From an uncultured Candidatus Binatia bacterium (GTDB lineage: Bacteria > Desulfobacterota > Binatia > UBA1149), in contig CAUZFM010000002.1 of the NCBI GenBank assembly GCA_963579235.1, positions 1 through 57,150 of the forward strand: DNA of 57,150 nucleotides, written 5' to 3'. The translations under genes were made by a program, and so were the position numbers. A model generated the notes under the pieces. The model searched no databases, was not told the origin of the DNA, and was given only the letters and a program-made list of their open reading frames with translations. Position 1 is the first letter of the stretch; every line of letters begins with the position of its first letter. This document shows positions 41,177 through 50,296 of this stretch, piece by piece.

Positions 41177-42016
41177 TCAGCGTCCCTCGAAACGCGGCGG
41201 ACGTTTTTCAGCGAAGGCCTGCATGGCCTCGACGAGATCGTTGCTGCGCAGGTACGACGAGTTCCAGTGTGCCACGTGGTCGAGCCCCTCGTCGGTCGTG
41301 TGCTCGTCTGAATAGTTGAGTACCTGCTTGACACCCTGCACGGTGAGCGGCGAATTGGCTGCGATCTCGTTGGCCGTGGCGCGCGCGCCTTCGAGCATGT
41401 GATCCTTGTCGGCATACACGCGGTTGACCAGGCCGGTTGCCAACGCGCGGTCGGCGCCGAAAAACCCGCCGGTAAACGCCATCTCTCGCGCCATGCCCTT
41501 GCCCACGATGGCTGTTATGCGTTGCAGGGTGCCCACGTCGGCAACGATGGCTATCTTCGTTTCGAATATCGAGAACTCCGCGTCCTCGGTGCACACGCGA
41601 AAGTCGCAGGCGGTTGTAAGGTCCACGCCCCCGCCGATGCACTTGCCGTGCACGGCCGCGATCACTGGCTTCCGACATTCCTGTATGGCACTGAAGCAGG
41701 CCTGCAACTTGAGCACCGTGCCGTACATGTCGAGGTTGCTGCGCGCCTCGCTCCGATCATCCTTGCCGTCACCGTTGCCGCCACCGACCACGCCCCCGGC
41801 CCCCGTGCTCTTGAGATCCAGCCCGGCGGTAAACAGCCGACCCTCGCCCCACAACACGATGGCGCGCACCGACTCGTCGCGATCGAGTTTGCCGAAAGCC
41901 TCGCGGATTTCGTAGAAAAGCTCGAACGGCATCGCGTTGAGTTTCTCGGGCCGATTGAGCACGACCTCGGCCACATGGGCTTCCTGGTCTACCCGGATAT
42001 ACTTGTAATCACTCAA
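41177..42016 (-). CDS. Enoyl-CoA hydratase/isomerase (dienoyl-CoA isomerase-like crotonase)
   Basis: Trimmed to TTG 42016, which is preceded by AAAGAGGAG at 6 nt. Contains VLNRPEKLNAM, GEGRLFTAGLDL and VHGKCIGGGVDL. Confidence 0.8.
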   Translation of the reverse strand: MSDYKYIRVDQEAHVAEVVLNRPEKLNAMPFELFYEIREAFGKLDRDESVRAIVLWGEGRLFTAGLDLKSTGAGGVVGGGNGDGKDDRSEARSNLDMYGTVLKLQACFSAIQECRKPVIAAVHGKCIGGGVDLTTACDFRVCTEDAEFSIFETKIAIVADVGTLQRITAIVGKGMAREMAFTGGFFGADRALATGLVNRVYADKDHMLEGARATANEIAANSPLTVQGVKQVLNYSDEHTTDEGLDHVAHWNSSYLRSNDLVEAMQAFAEKRPPRFEGR

Positions 42017-42226
42017 TGGTTTTCTCCTCTTTGTACGGGGCAAGCTGGCGGCCGCGGTGGGCTCAGGGCCTCGCGACAGAACCGGGATTATCGGGTTCCC
42101 GCAGGGTACGGTCAAGGCGGCAGGGGCACACCCCCTGTTGACGGCCGGGAATAACCGCGCAATTGTTCATAGGCAGCAACGCGCCCGACCGAGCCCCTGC
42201 GGCCGGCGACGCTACGCCCGGCTCCA

Positions 42227-43999
42227 ATGGAAGCAAACCGTCTCAATCGATGGCTGCCCTGGGTACTGTTCGCGCTGGCCCTTGCCATAAATTTTTGCGG
42301 GATAGGCTGGGGACTGCCCGCCGGCAACCAGACCTGGGCCGCCGACGCCATCAAGCCGGGTGCGCCGCTGTCGATCATGCACCGCGTGCTGATGGCGGAG
42401 CCCTTCAACAGCGGATGGTTCTGGTTCAAGTACCCCATGGGGCACGTGTTCATCCTGGGTGCCGCCTACTCGCTGCCGCTGGCCCTGACCTGGCTGACCG
42501 GTGGCCTGGGTACGCCGACGGCAGACTACCCCTGGGGCATGCAGGACCCCGAGGGCGTGATGACACTACTGGCCCTCAGCGGCCGGACCGTCAGCGTGCT
42601 GATGGGAGCCGGTTGCTCAGTATTCGTGTATCTCTCGGTCCGCCGCCTGGTCGACCGCGACTCAGGGATAGCCGCTGCCCTGCTCACCACCCTGTGCTAC
42701 CCGGTGGTCTTCTACTCTCACACCACCAACGTAGAAATACCCTACGTCTTCTGGCTACTCGCGGCCCTGCTCGCCGCCGTCCGACTGCTCGATGAAGACG
42801 CGCGGCCCCGCTGGTGGATGCTGCTGGGGGCTGCCACGGCCATGTCGGTCTCGACCAAGGAACTCGGCGCGGGGTTTTTCGTGGGACTGGTGCCCGCGCT
42901 GGCGCTGTTGATCAAGATCGGTGGGCGGGGATGGAGCGCGCTGTTGAAGGGAGCCGCCTGGGCGGGTACGGCCTTCGTGGCGACCATGGTCGTAGCCAAC
43001 AACGTGCCCCTCAACCCGTCGGGCTTCGTAAACCGGCTGCGGTTCCTGACCCACTCGCTGCCCGCCGACGTGGCCCGCCAATATTCCCCTTATTATTTCC
43101 CCATCGATTTCAGTACCGACCGGGGTATGGCCGTGGAGCTGAAACAGGCAGGCATCGCTGCCCGCGCGCTGCTCGACTCGCTCGGACCCCTGACCGCCCT
43201 GCTGGCTGCCGCCGGGCTGTTGCTTTCCGTGCTGCGCCGCCACGGCGCCCTGCTTCTGCTTACCCTGCTGCCCGCCCTCGGCTTCTACCTGTTCGGGCTG
43301 AGGTCGATGCTGTCGCTCAGTATCCGTTACGTGCTGCCGTTGTCGGTACTGGCCTGCGTATTTGCCGGCGTGGCCCTGGCAGCGCTGGCGTCGACCCGCC
43401 GATTGGTCCTGCCCGCGAGAGCGCTGGCCACGCTGCTGCTGGCGGCCGCGCTGGTATACGGCCTCGACGTTGACCACATGCTGATTGCTGACGGCCGCTA
43501 CCCGGCAGAGCGCTGGCTGCAGGATAACAGCAAGCCGGGCCAACAGGTGGAGACCTGGCAGCGCGCCACTTACCTGCCGCGCATCCCACCGCCACTGCTG
43601 CACCACGAAATCAAGTTCGCCGACCGCAACAAGCCCGCGTTCGGCCAGCGACTCCCCGACTTCGTGGTCGTGTCGGAAGCCTCGCTGGGGGGAATCACCG
43701 TGCAGTACAGCAGCGACTGGCAACAGTCGGGGACCGCTAATCCGGAAGACCCCCGGGCCACGGACGCGGAACAGGATGACACCGCCGACTGGCTGCCCAA
43801 CCAGGTGAGCGTTACGGGCAACATCATGAACTACAAGCGGCGAGAGAACGTGGAACTGCTCACCGCCCTGCGCGACGGCAGCCTTGGCTACAGCGAGGCC
43901 GCGCGCTTCAAGGCCAGGCCGTGGATAGAAAGGCCCCTCATACGTAGCCTGAACCCGGAAATCGTCATCTACCAACGCGACGGCACCCGGGCGCGCTAA
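42227..43999 (+). CDS. GT-C fold membrane glycosyltransferase (ArnT/PMT family 39/83-like)
   Basis: 590 aa with about 11 TM helices followed by a soluble C-terminal domain of about 170 aa. The topology and N-terminal loop pattern resemble polyprenyl-phosphate-sugar-dependent GT-C enzymes. No exact family could be verified. Confidence 0.5.
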   Translation: MEANRLNRWLPWVLFALALAINFCGIGWGLPAGNQTWAADAIKPGAPLSIMHRVLMAEPFNSGWFWFKYPMGHVFILGAAYSLPLALTWLTGGLGTPTADYPWGMQDPEGVMTLLALSGRTVSVLMGAGCSVFVYLSVRRLVDRDSGIAAALLTTLCYPVVFYSHTTNVEIPYVFWLLAALLAAVRLLDEDARPRWWMLLGAATAMSVSTKELGAGFFVGLVPALALLIKIGGRGWSALLKGAAWAGTAFVATMVVANNVPLNPSGFVNRLRFLTHSLPADVARQYSPYYFPIDFSTDRGMAVELKQAGIAARALLDSLGPLTALLAAAGLLLSVLRRHGALLLLTLLPALGFYLFGLRSMLSLSIRYVLPLSVLACVFAGVALAALASTRRLVLPARALATLLLAAALVYGLDVDHMLIADGRYPAERWLQDNSKPGQQVETWQRATYLPRIPPPLLHHEIKFADRNKPAFGQRLPDFVVVSEASLGGITVQYSSDWQQSGTANPEDPRATDAEQDDTADWLPNQVSVTGNIMNYKRRENVELLTALRDGSLGYSEAARFKARPWIERPLIRSLNPEIVIYQRDGTRAR

Positions 44000-44160
44000 T
44001 ACCCGTGCGGCACCCAGCAGGCAAAACATGGCGCGGACAAACCGGGCCGACGTTTCATCCTCTGAATAATTATCATATAGAGTGGCACCGCTGGCTGCAC
44101 ACAGCGCAATAACAGGGTTGGCCACGGGCCGTCCACGCGATTAGAACAGGGCCAGGACAG

Positions 44161-45273
44161 ATGTCACTAGAAGCTACTTCGCAAACACCTACGCACAAAA
44201 CACGGCCATTGGTTTCGGTCGTCATCCCCGTGCTCAATGGTGAGGACACCATAGCCAGGGGCATAGAATCGGTATTCACGCAGGACTACCCCGCCATCGA
44301 GTGCATTGTAGTCGACGACGCATCGCAGGACTCGACGGCCGATATACTACGTTCTTTCGGCGACCGCATAACGGCCGTATTCAACGAAACCAATCGCGGC
44401 ACCGCTGGCGCCTACAACATCGGCACCGCCCGCGCCCGGGGTGAATTCGTACTGCTCATGGCCAGCGACTGTCACCTGACCGACCCGGCCTACGTGTCGG
44501 CGGCCGTGAGCGTACTCGAAGACGAGAGCATAGCCGGACTCTGCGGCCAGGGTGTATTCAGCGACCTGCACACGCTCAACCGCGTGCAACGGATGTTCAC
44601 TGTCGTGAACCTGCTCGACGTCGACGACAACCCCGACGACGGACTCTTCGAGGTCAGCTTCATCGAAACCCGCTGCGACCTGGTGCGCAAGCGAGCGCTC
44701 GAAGAAATAGGGTTCTGGTTCGAGGGTCTTTACAACTCCACCGAGGACCAGGACATCTCGGCCCGAATACGCCAGCTGGGTTACCGCCTGGTGCAGGACA
44801 AGCGACTCAAGTTCGCGTTGGACTTCGGCCAGACCGAGGACAACCTGCGCAAGGTAATAAAGAAACAGTACAAGTACGCCAACGGACAGGGTTACATCTT
44901 TCTCAAGTACGGACTTGGCCACCACCTGATGACCGGTAACCAGGACAACCGCCGCAGCCGTATCCTTCATCGTATCGTGCAGGTAGCCCTCGGCCCGATC
45001 GCGGCCGTTGGAGTGATAGCCTGCGCCACAGGCACCCCGGCGGTCGCCTTGCTCGCCACCGCCCTGCTGGCTGCACGCGGGTTCTACTACTGGCGCAGCT
45101 CGGCCCGCTGGCTGAAGGGTGCCGACCGCGTCTTCTGCGCTGGTATGGGCCTGGTCTGTGACCTGACCTACGGCCTGAGTTTTCTGGCCGCGCTGGTGAC
45201 CTGGACCATAAGCGATCCCCGCATAGTGCGCTTCGGCCGACCGATGGCGGGCGACAGCAGACCAGGACCATGA
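44161..45273 (+). CDS. Family 2 glycosyltransferase with C-terminal TM helices (polyprenyl-phosphate glycosyltransferase-like)
   Basis: 370 aa with VSVVIPVLNGEDTI, IVVDDASQDST and NRGTAGAYNIG, plus two C-terminal hydrophobic helices. ATGA overlap with the next gene. Confidence 0.8.
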   Translation: MSLEATSQTPTHKTRPLVSVVIPVLNGEDTIARGIESVFTQDYPAIECIVVDDASQDSTADILRSFGDRITAVFNETNRGTAGAYNIGTARARGEFVLLMASDCHLTDPAYVSAAVSVLEDESIAGLCGQGVFSDLHTLNRVQRMFTVVNLLDVDDNPDDGLFEVSFIETRCDLVRKRALEEIGFWFEGLYNSTEDQDISARIRQLGYRLVQDKRLKFALDFGQTEDNLRKVIKKQYKYANGQGYIFLKYGLGHHLMTGNQDNRRSRILHRIVQVALGPIAAVGVIACATGTPAVALLATALLAARGFYYWRSSARWLKGADRVFCAGMGLVCDLTYGLSFLAALVTWTISDPRIVRFGRPMAGDSRPGP

Positions 45274-47279
45274 ACAGGACAAGAGCCCACCTGCGCGCCG
45301 GCCTGGGCTCCCTGCTAGCACTGGCAGTGCTGCAATCGCTGGTCGAAAGCGTGGCCCTGCTGCTTGTCTACCGCGACCAGGTGATTCCCCCCTACGATTT
45401 TTTTGCGAACCAACTGTACGATTTTCTCGCCAAACTCAGGTACGCAGCAGACGGCTGGCTCTCGTGGCTGCCCTCGCTACCTAACAGCTTCACGGCTACC
45501 GGCACGGTGACACACCTGTCGTTGCTGGCCGACCTGCTCCCCGCCACGGTGGCCATGGCGCTGCTGATCGGCACCTTAGGCTCCCTGCTCGGTCGGCTGG
45601 CCGGGCGCCGATGCCCGCCCACTGCCCGTGGTTACCTGTGGGCATGGGCAGGGTTAGCGCTGGTCGTTCACGCCACCACGGCGATCGGGGCGCTGTCGCT
45701 TGCCGAAAGCCCATCGCTCAAGCACCTGCTCTACCGCTCGCGCAGCCTGGTCGTAGACGGAACACTGGTGGCACTCGCGGTGCTGGCCGTGTCGCTTATC
45801 CTGGCCCGGCTGGTGACGTCCCGCCTCGAAAATTCCCCGCGAGCGTCGTCGATCGCAGCGCTGGCCTGCCTGCTCGCGCTGCTCCCCGCTGCACTGCCCG
45901 GCAGCGCCGGCCCCGCGAATACGACAAGCTTTAAAGGCTTCTCGCCCGTGTACGACAAGCCCAACGTGCTGCTTATTTCGCTCGACAGCCTGCGGGCCGA
46001 CCACGTGAGCGCCTACGGTTACCACAGGGCCACCACGCCCGCGCTCGAAAAACTGGCGGCCGATGGAATACGTTTTGACAACGCCATCTCGACCTCGTCG
46101 TGGACGCTGCCCACCCACCTGACCATGTTCACCTCGCGCTACCAGCTGTCACACGGGGTGGTACACGACACCAACGTTCTCGACCCGGGCATTCCCGTGC
46201 TGGGCGAGATCATGAAGGCGGCGGGCTACAGCACGGCGGGGTTCGTGTCGGCCCCCTACGTCGCCGCCATGTACGGTTACGCGCGCGGCATGGACGAGTA
46301 CCTGGACCTCAGCGCCGCCTACGAGCACCGAAGTCTCGCCAGGAAAGCGATCGTCGCTCCCGACATAAATGCCAACGCCCTGCGCTGGCTCGACCAACAC
46401 GCCGACGAGCCCTTCTTCCTGTTCCTGCACTACTTTGACATCCACTACGACTACGTGCCTCCCGCGCCCTACGACACCATGTTCGACCCCGACTACGAGG
46501 GCGAAATGGACGGTACCGATTTCATCGAGCGCAAGGACGTGAACCGCAACATGCCCGCGCGCGACCTCGAGCACATACTCGCCCTCTACGACGGCGAAAT
46601 CCGTTTTACCGACGAACACGTGGGCCGCGTGTTGGCCAGGATTGACGAGCTGGGGCTCCGCGACAATACCCTGGTGATCGTCGTTTCTGACCACGGCGAC
46701 GAGTTTTTCGAGCACGGCAACAAGGGCCACCATCGGACGCTTTACCAGGAGGTGCTGCGAGTACCGCTGATCGTTCGACTACCCGACGGCCGCTGGGCTG
46801 GTGAATCCGTCAGCCAGCAAGCCAGCCTCGTGGACATTCTGCCCACCATCATAGACGTGGCGGGGCTGGACGCCCCCCCCGTGATGGAAGGGCTGAGCCT
46901 GCTCGAGCTGCGAGCGGCCACCCCGCGCAGTCGCGAGCGAGCAGTCTACGGAGAGTTTTTTGACAAGCGTGGATTCAACCTGCAGATCGCCCGTCGTCTG
47001 CCCACGAGTAAAACCATCCAGCACTTCAACCGAATAACTCATCCGAAAAAGGCGCCGGTAGAATACTACGACCTCGCCCGAGACGCTGGAGAGCAGCACG
47101 ACCTGGCCGAAGAACGCCGGGAGGAGTTGCGCGTGGAACTCGACGGGCTGGGCCACTGGAGCGAGCAGCGCTGGCGTGCCCAGCAGCACACGCTGAGCGA
47201 GTCGCAGTCGGACACACGAGTGGAGCTGGACTCCGAGACCCTCGAGCGCCTCAAGTCGCTCGGCTACGTGGGAGAGTAG
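45270..47279 (+). CDS. Membrane-anchored sulfatase-like (alkaline phosphatase superfamily) hydrolase/transferase
   Basis: 669 aa. The N-terminal multi-TM domain is about 220 aa, followed by NVLLISLDSLRADH...TSSWTLPTHLTMFTS...VVSDHGDEF..HGNKGHH. The conserved tail is LERLKSLGYVGE. Confidence 0.75.
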   Translation: MNRTRAHLRAGLGSLLALAVLQSLVESVALLLVYRDQVIPPYDFFANQLYDFLAKLRYAADGWLSWLPSLPNSFTATGTVTHLSLLADLLPATVAMALLIGTLGSLLGRLAGRRCPPTARGYLWAWAGLALVVHATTAIGALSLAESPSLKHLLYRSRSLVVDGTLVALAVLAVSLILARLVTSRLENSPRASSIAALACLLALLPAALPGSAGPANTTSFKGFSPVYDKPNVLLISLDSLRADHVSAYGYHRATTPALEKLAADGIRFDNAISTSSWTLPTHLTMFTSRYQLSHGVVHDTNVLDPGIPVLGEIMKAAGYSTAGFVSAPYVAAMYGYARGMDEYLDLSAAYEHRSLARKAIVAPDINANALRWLDQHADEPFFLFLHYFDIHYDYVPPAPYDTMFDPDYEGEMDGTDFIERKDVNRNMPARDLEHILALYDGEIRFTDEHVGRVLARIDELGLRDNTLVIVVSDHGDEFFEHGNKGHHRTLYQEVLRVPLIVRLPDGRWAGESVSQQASLVDILPTIIDVAGLDAPPVMEGLSLLELRAATPRSRERAVYGEFFDKRGFNLQIARRLPTSKTIQHFNRITHPKKAPVEYYDLARDAGEQHDLAEERREELRVELDGLGHWSEQRWRAQQHTLSESQSDTRVELDSETLERLKSLGYVGE

Positions 47280-47283
47280 TACG

Positions 47284-49311
47284 GTGGCGCGCTTGAAGAG
47301 GCTCTTCAACGCCGCGCTGGCCGCGGCGGCCTGCATGGCGATTCTGCAGGCAGTGGCAATGACGCTGCTTGCCGCGTGGACCCGGCGTAACAGCATACTG
47401 GCTCCCAATGATTTCGTACCGCTCTACTGGTGGGACGCGTTCACCCGCTACTACGACTTACTGTGTGCCTACCTTCCCCTGCCGGGACGCCCCACGGCCT
47501 TCATTGGACCGGGCTTCCTGGCCAAGCTCGACCTGTTGTGGGGACTGCTCGCCGTAAATGCAGCGGTGGCGCTTGAAGCCGCGGCTGCCGTGACACTATT
47601 GATGCTGGTGTTCCGCGCCAGCGACACCGACGCTGTTCGGCGCAGAGCCCTGTGCTGGCTTCTGGGCCTCGAAGCGGCGGTGATCGCCGGAGGATGGCTC
47701 CTGCGAGGTGTCCCGCAACTGCTCAACTGGGCGGCCCTGCCCCGCGTCGGCCAGGCTTTGGCGTGGAGCTTTATCTTCGACGGCACCGCGCTGGCGCTGC
47801 TGCTGCTCGCCGGCTGCGCGCTGGCCAGCTGGTCGCTGGTGGACCGTCTACCGGAGAGAAGCTGGAAGACAGCCGCCGCGCTCCTGGCAATCGCAACCTC
47901 TTCGGCCCTGGTCGCCCAGGCCAGGGCGCTGCCCACAGCCACGGCCATTGACGCAACACTCGAAGAACGTGCAGACCCCGCGGGCAAACCCCTGCCCGCT
48001 CTTGCCCCGGGATACAACCTGGTGCTGGTTTCTATTGACAGCCTGCGGTCCGATCACCTGGATGCCTACGGTTACCATCGCTCCACCGCCCCGACCATAA
48101 GCGAACTAGCGGCTAAGGGAGTACTGTTTCGCAATAACAGCAGCGTGACTTCCTGGACGCTGCCCGCGCACATGTCGATGCTCACCGGCCGCAGCCTGCT
48201 CGGGCACGGCGTGACCTTTGACGACCGCAGCCTGACCGCCGACGTGCCAACCTTGGCCGAGTCGTTGAAAGGAGTCGGCTACAGGACGGGAGCGGTCGTC
48301 TCGGCGCCCTACGTCGAAGCTCGCTACGGTTTCGATCGTGGCTTCGACGATTACGACGATCATACCATCAGCTTTGCTACCAACGGAGAGTCGTACAAGA
48401 CGGTTACTGCACCCCTGCTGCAGAAAACTGCCGCCTCGTGGCTGGCCCGGAACGCGGGCGCGGAAGAGCCCTTTTTTCTCTTCCTGCACTACTGGGACGT
48501 GCACTACGACTACGCCCCCGGCGCTCCCTACGACACCATGTTTGACCCCTCCTACGACGGCGACATCGACGGCCGCGATTTCTACTTCAACCCCCGCGTG
48601 CACCCGGGCATGGCCAGCAGGGATCTCGACCACCTGCTGGCGCTGTACGACGGCGAGATTCGACTGGTCGACGATCATCTCGCAAAGCTGCGCAGCACCC
48701 TCGCCGAGTTGGGGGTCGCCCACAACACCATCATCGTGATCACGTCTGACCACGGCGACGAATTTTTCGAGCACGGCGGCAAGGGACACCACAAGACCCT
48801 CTTCGACGAGGTGACCCGGGTGCCACTGGTGCTCTACGTGCCGGGCGTGGCCCCCACGAGTCCGGTGGTGAAAATGGAGACCAGCATAGTCGACATAATG
48901 CCCACGCTGCTCTCGCTGCTGGGGGTCACCCCGTCCGCGAGCATGGACGGAGAAAACCTGGCTGGGGTAGCCTTTCACGGCGAGAAGGAACGCGACCGCT
49001 CCACGCTGGCCGAACTCTACCGCCTGGGCAGTCGTAACTACCAATCGTCGCTGCGCAGCAGTGGGCGCAAGGTCACGCAGCTGTACGAAAACGGAGATGT
49101 TTACGCTTACGACATTGCGCGTGACCCGGCCGAGCAACAGCGACTGGATTCCAGCGAAGGATTCGTGCCCGGCGTCCTGCGGCAAATGGCCGACACCATG
49201 AATCGGCTGTGGCCGGTATACAGCGGCAGGCTGGACGGCGAAACGGGAAAGCTCGAGATGGACGACGCCACGCGCAGCCGGCTGGAGGCGCTGGGCTACA
49301 TGGACCAGTGA
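47284..49311 (+). CDS. Membrane-anchored sulfatase-like (alkaline phosphatase superfamily) hydrolase/transferase, tandem paralogue
   Basis: 675 aa from a GTG start 4 nt after the previous stop. It is collinear with the upstream paralogue (NLVLVSIDSLRSDH...VTSWTLPAHMSMLTG...ITSDHGDEF..HGGKGHH...RLEALGYMDQ). Confidence 0.75.
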   Translation: MARLKRLFNAALAAAACMAILQAVAMTLLAAWTRRNSILAPNDFVPLYWWDAFTRYYDLLCAYLPLPGRPTAFIGPGFLAKLDLLWGLLAVNAAVALEAAAAVTLLMLVFRASDTDAVRRRALCWLLGLEAAVIAGGWLLRGVPQLLNWAALPRVGQALAWSFIFDGTALALLLLAGCALASWSLVDRLPERSWKTAAALLAIATSSALVAQARALPTATAIDATLEERADPAGKPLPALAPGYNLVLVSIDSLRSDHLDAYGYHRSTAPTISELAAKGVLFRNNSSVTSWTLPAHMSMLTGRSLLGHGVTFDDRSLTADVPTLAESLKGVGYRTGAVVSAPYVEARYGFDRGFDDYDDHTISFATNGESYKTVTAPLLQKTAASWLARNAGAEEPFFLFLHYWDVHYDYAPGAPYDTMFDPSYDGDIDGRDFYFNPRVHPGMASRDLDHLLALYDGEIRLVDDHLAKLRSTLAELGVAHNTIIVITSDHGDEFFEHGGKGHHKTLFDEVTRVPLVLYVPGVAPTSPVVKMETSIVDIMPTLLSLLGVTPSASMDGENLAGVAFHGEKERDRSTLAELYRLGSRNYQSSLRSSGRKVTQLYENGDVYAYDIARDPAEQQRLDSSEGFVPGVLRQMADTMNRLWPVYSGRLDGETGKLEMDDATRSRLEALGYMDQ

Positions 49312-49333
49312 GCAGCGCCGTCCGCGCGGGTCG

Positions 49334-50173
49334 TCAGCTGTCCATCAAGGCCTGGTAGTCGTCGAGATAACGCAGCACTGTGTCGCTGTTGGCCGAGGGC
49401 AACCTGAACACTACTTCTTCTATACCGAGGTCGGCAAAGTAACCCAGCTTGTCGCGGTCGGGCATCGTGCCGAAAGGCACCACGCGGGCCTCGGCCGGGT
49501 CGCGGCCCGCTTCTTCCATGGCCCGGTGCAGGTCGGGCAACGCGCCGCGTATGCCGGCGCCGCCAATGGGTATCCAGCCGTCGGCGTACTCGGCCACCTG
49601 GCGAAACAGCGTCGGCCCCGGCGCGCCGCCGATGAGCACCGGCGGCCTCAGCCCACCCAGCGGCTTGGGCCAGGACCAGCTCGATTCGAAGCTCACGTGC
49701 TCGCCCTGGTAGGAAGCCTCGTCGCGACTCCACAGCTCCTGCATGGCGAGCATTTTTTCGCGCAGTACGGCCCGGCGCTGCGACGGATCAATGCCGTGAT
49801 GCTGCATCTCTTCGCGGTTCCAGCCAAAGCCCACACCAAAAACAAAACGCCCCTGCGACAACAGGTCCAGGGTGGCCACGGCCTTGGCGGTGATCAGGGC
49901 ATCGCGCTGGGCGAGCAGGCAGATACCGGTGCCGAGCAGCAATCGATCGGTCACAGACGCGCAGGCGGCAAGTGTCACAAAAGGATCGAGCGTGCGGCTG
50001 TACTCGTCGGGCAAGGTGTCTTGGCCGGTCGGAGCCGGGGTGATACGGCTGCTGGGAATATGCGTGTGCTCGGGAACATAAAACGAGTGGTAGCCACGCG
50101 CCTCTGCCTCGGTGGCCAGCGCGACCGGATCCATCGAACGGTCGGTCGCAAACATCGTAATACCCAGTTTCAT
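49334..50173 (-). CDS. Luciferase-like (LLM class) flavin/F420-dependent oxidoreductase
   Basis: 279 aa, trimmed from ORF 49334..50584 to ATG 50173 (MKLGITMFATDRSMDP). Contains VPEHTH, ATLDLLSQGRFVFGVGFGWN and VLIGGAPGP. Confidence 0.8.
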   Translation of the reverse strand: MKLGITMFATDRSMDPVALATEAEARGYHSFYVPEHTHIPSSRITPAPTGQDTLPDEYSRTLDPFVTLAACASVTDRLLLGTGICLLAQRDALITAKAVATLDLLSQGRFVFGVGFGWNREEMQHHGIDPSQRRAVLREKMLAMQELWSRDEASYQGEHVSFESSWSWPKPLGGLRPPVLIGGAPGPTLFRQVAEYADGWIPIGGAGIRGALPDLHRAMEEAGRDPAEARVVPFGTMPDRDKLGYFADLGIEEVVFRLPSANSDTVLRYLDDYQALMDS

Positions 50174-50261
50174 CGTCAACCACTGATTACCCGCCCACCC
50201 CACCTGCCACAAGAACTGGGGAGACGTACCGGTCGATCCACTGAGCAGGAGGCGCCCCTTT

Positions 50262-50290
50262 TTGACAAGGGAGGTGGGGGTGGGTTCTAT
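50262..50290 (+). promoter_or_regulatory. Sigma70-like promoter candidate TTGACA-N17-TTCTAT placed so that the TSS would fall at or next to the GTG start of the ACAD gene
   Basis: There is an exact -35 hexamer at 50262-50267, a 17-nt spacer, and a weak -10 at 50285-50290. GTG 50297 lies 6 nt after the -10. No SD sits at a functional distance. Confidence 0.3.
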
Positions 50291-50296
50291 GCCACG

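Noticed and set aside
44083-44098. Sigma54-like element TGGCAC-CGCTGG-CTGC upstream of the GT2 gene, next to an AT-rich patch
   Set aside because: The GG-to-GC spacing is one nucleotide longer than the strictly conserved spacing, and the -12 reads CTGC rather than TTGC. It is worth a glance if TSS data exist, but it is not called.
49526-50296. Long N-terminal extensions produced by the ORF caller (49526..50296, 50174..50584, 35430..35825, 35640..36026, 52607..52906, 52796..53041, 24860..25135, 2428..2535, 21456..21593, 42017..42115)
   Set aside because: The extensions overlap neighbouring genes or divergent promoters and have non-coding-like composition. The family-typical N-termini (for example MDLRFSQQDE, MKLGITMF, MSKTPEPH) begin at the internal starts used here.
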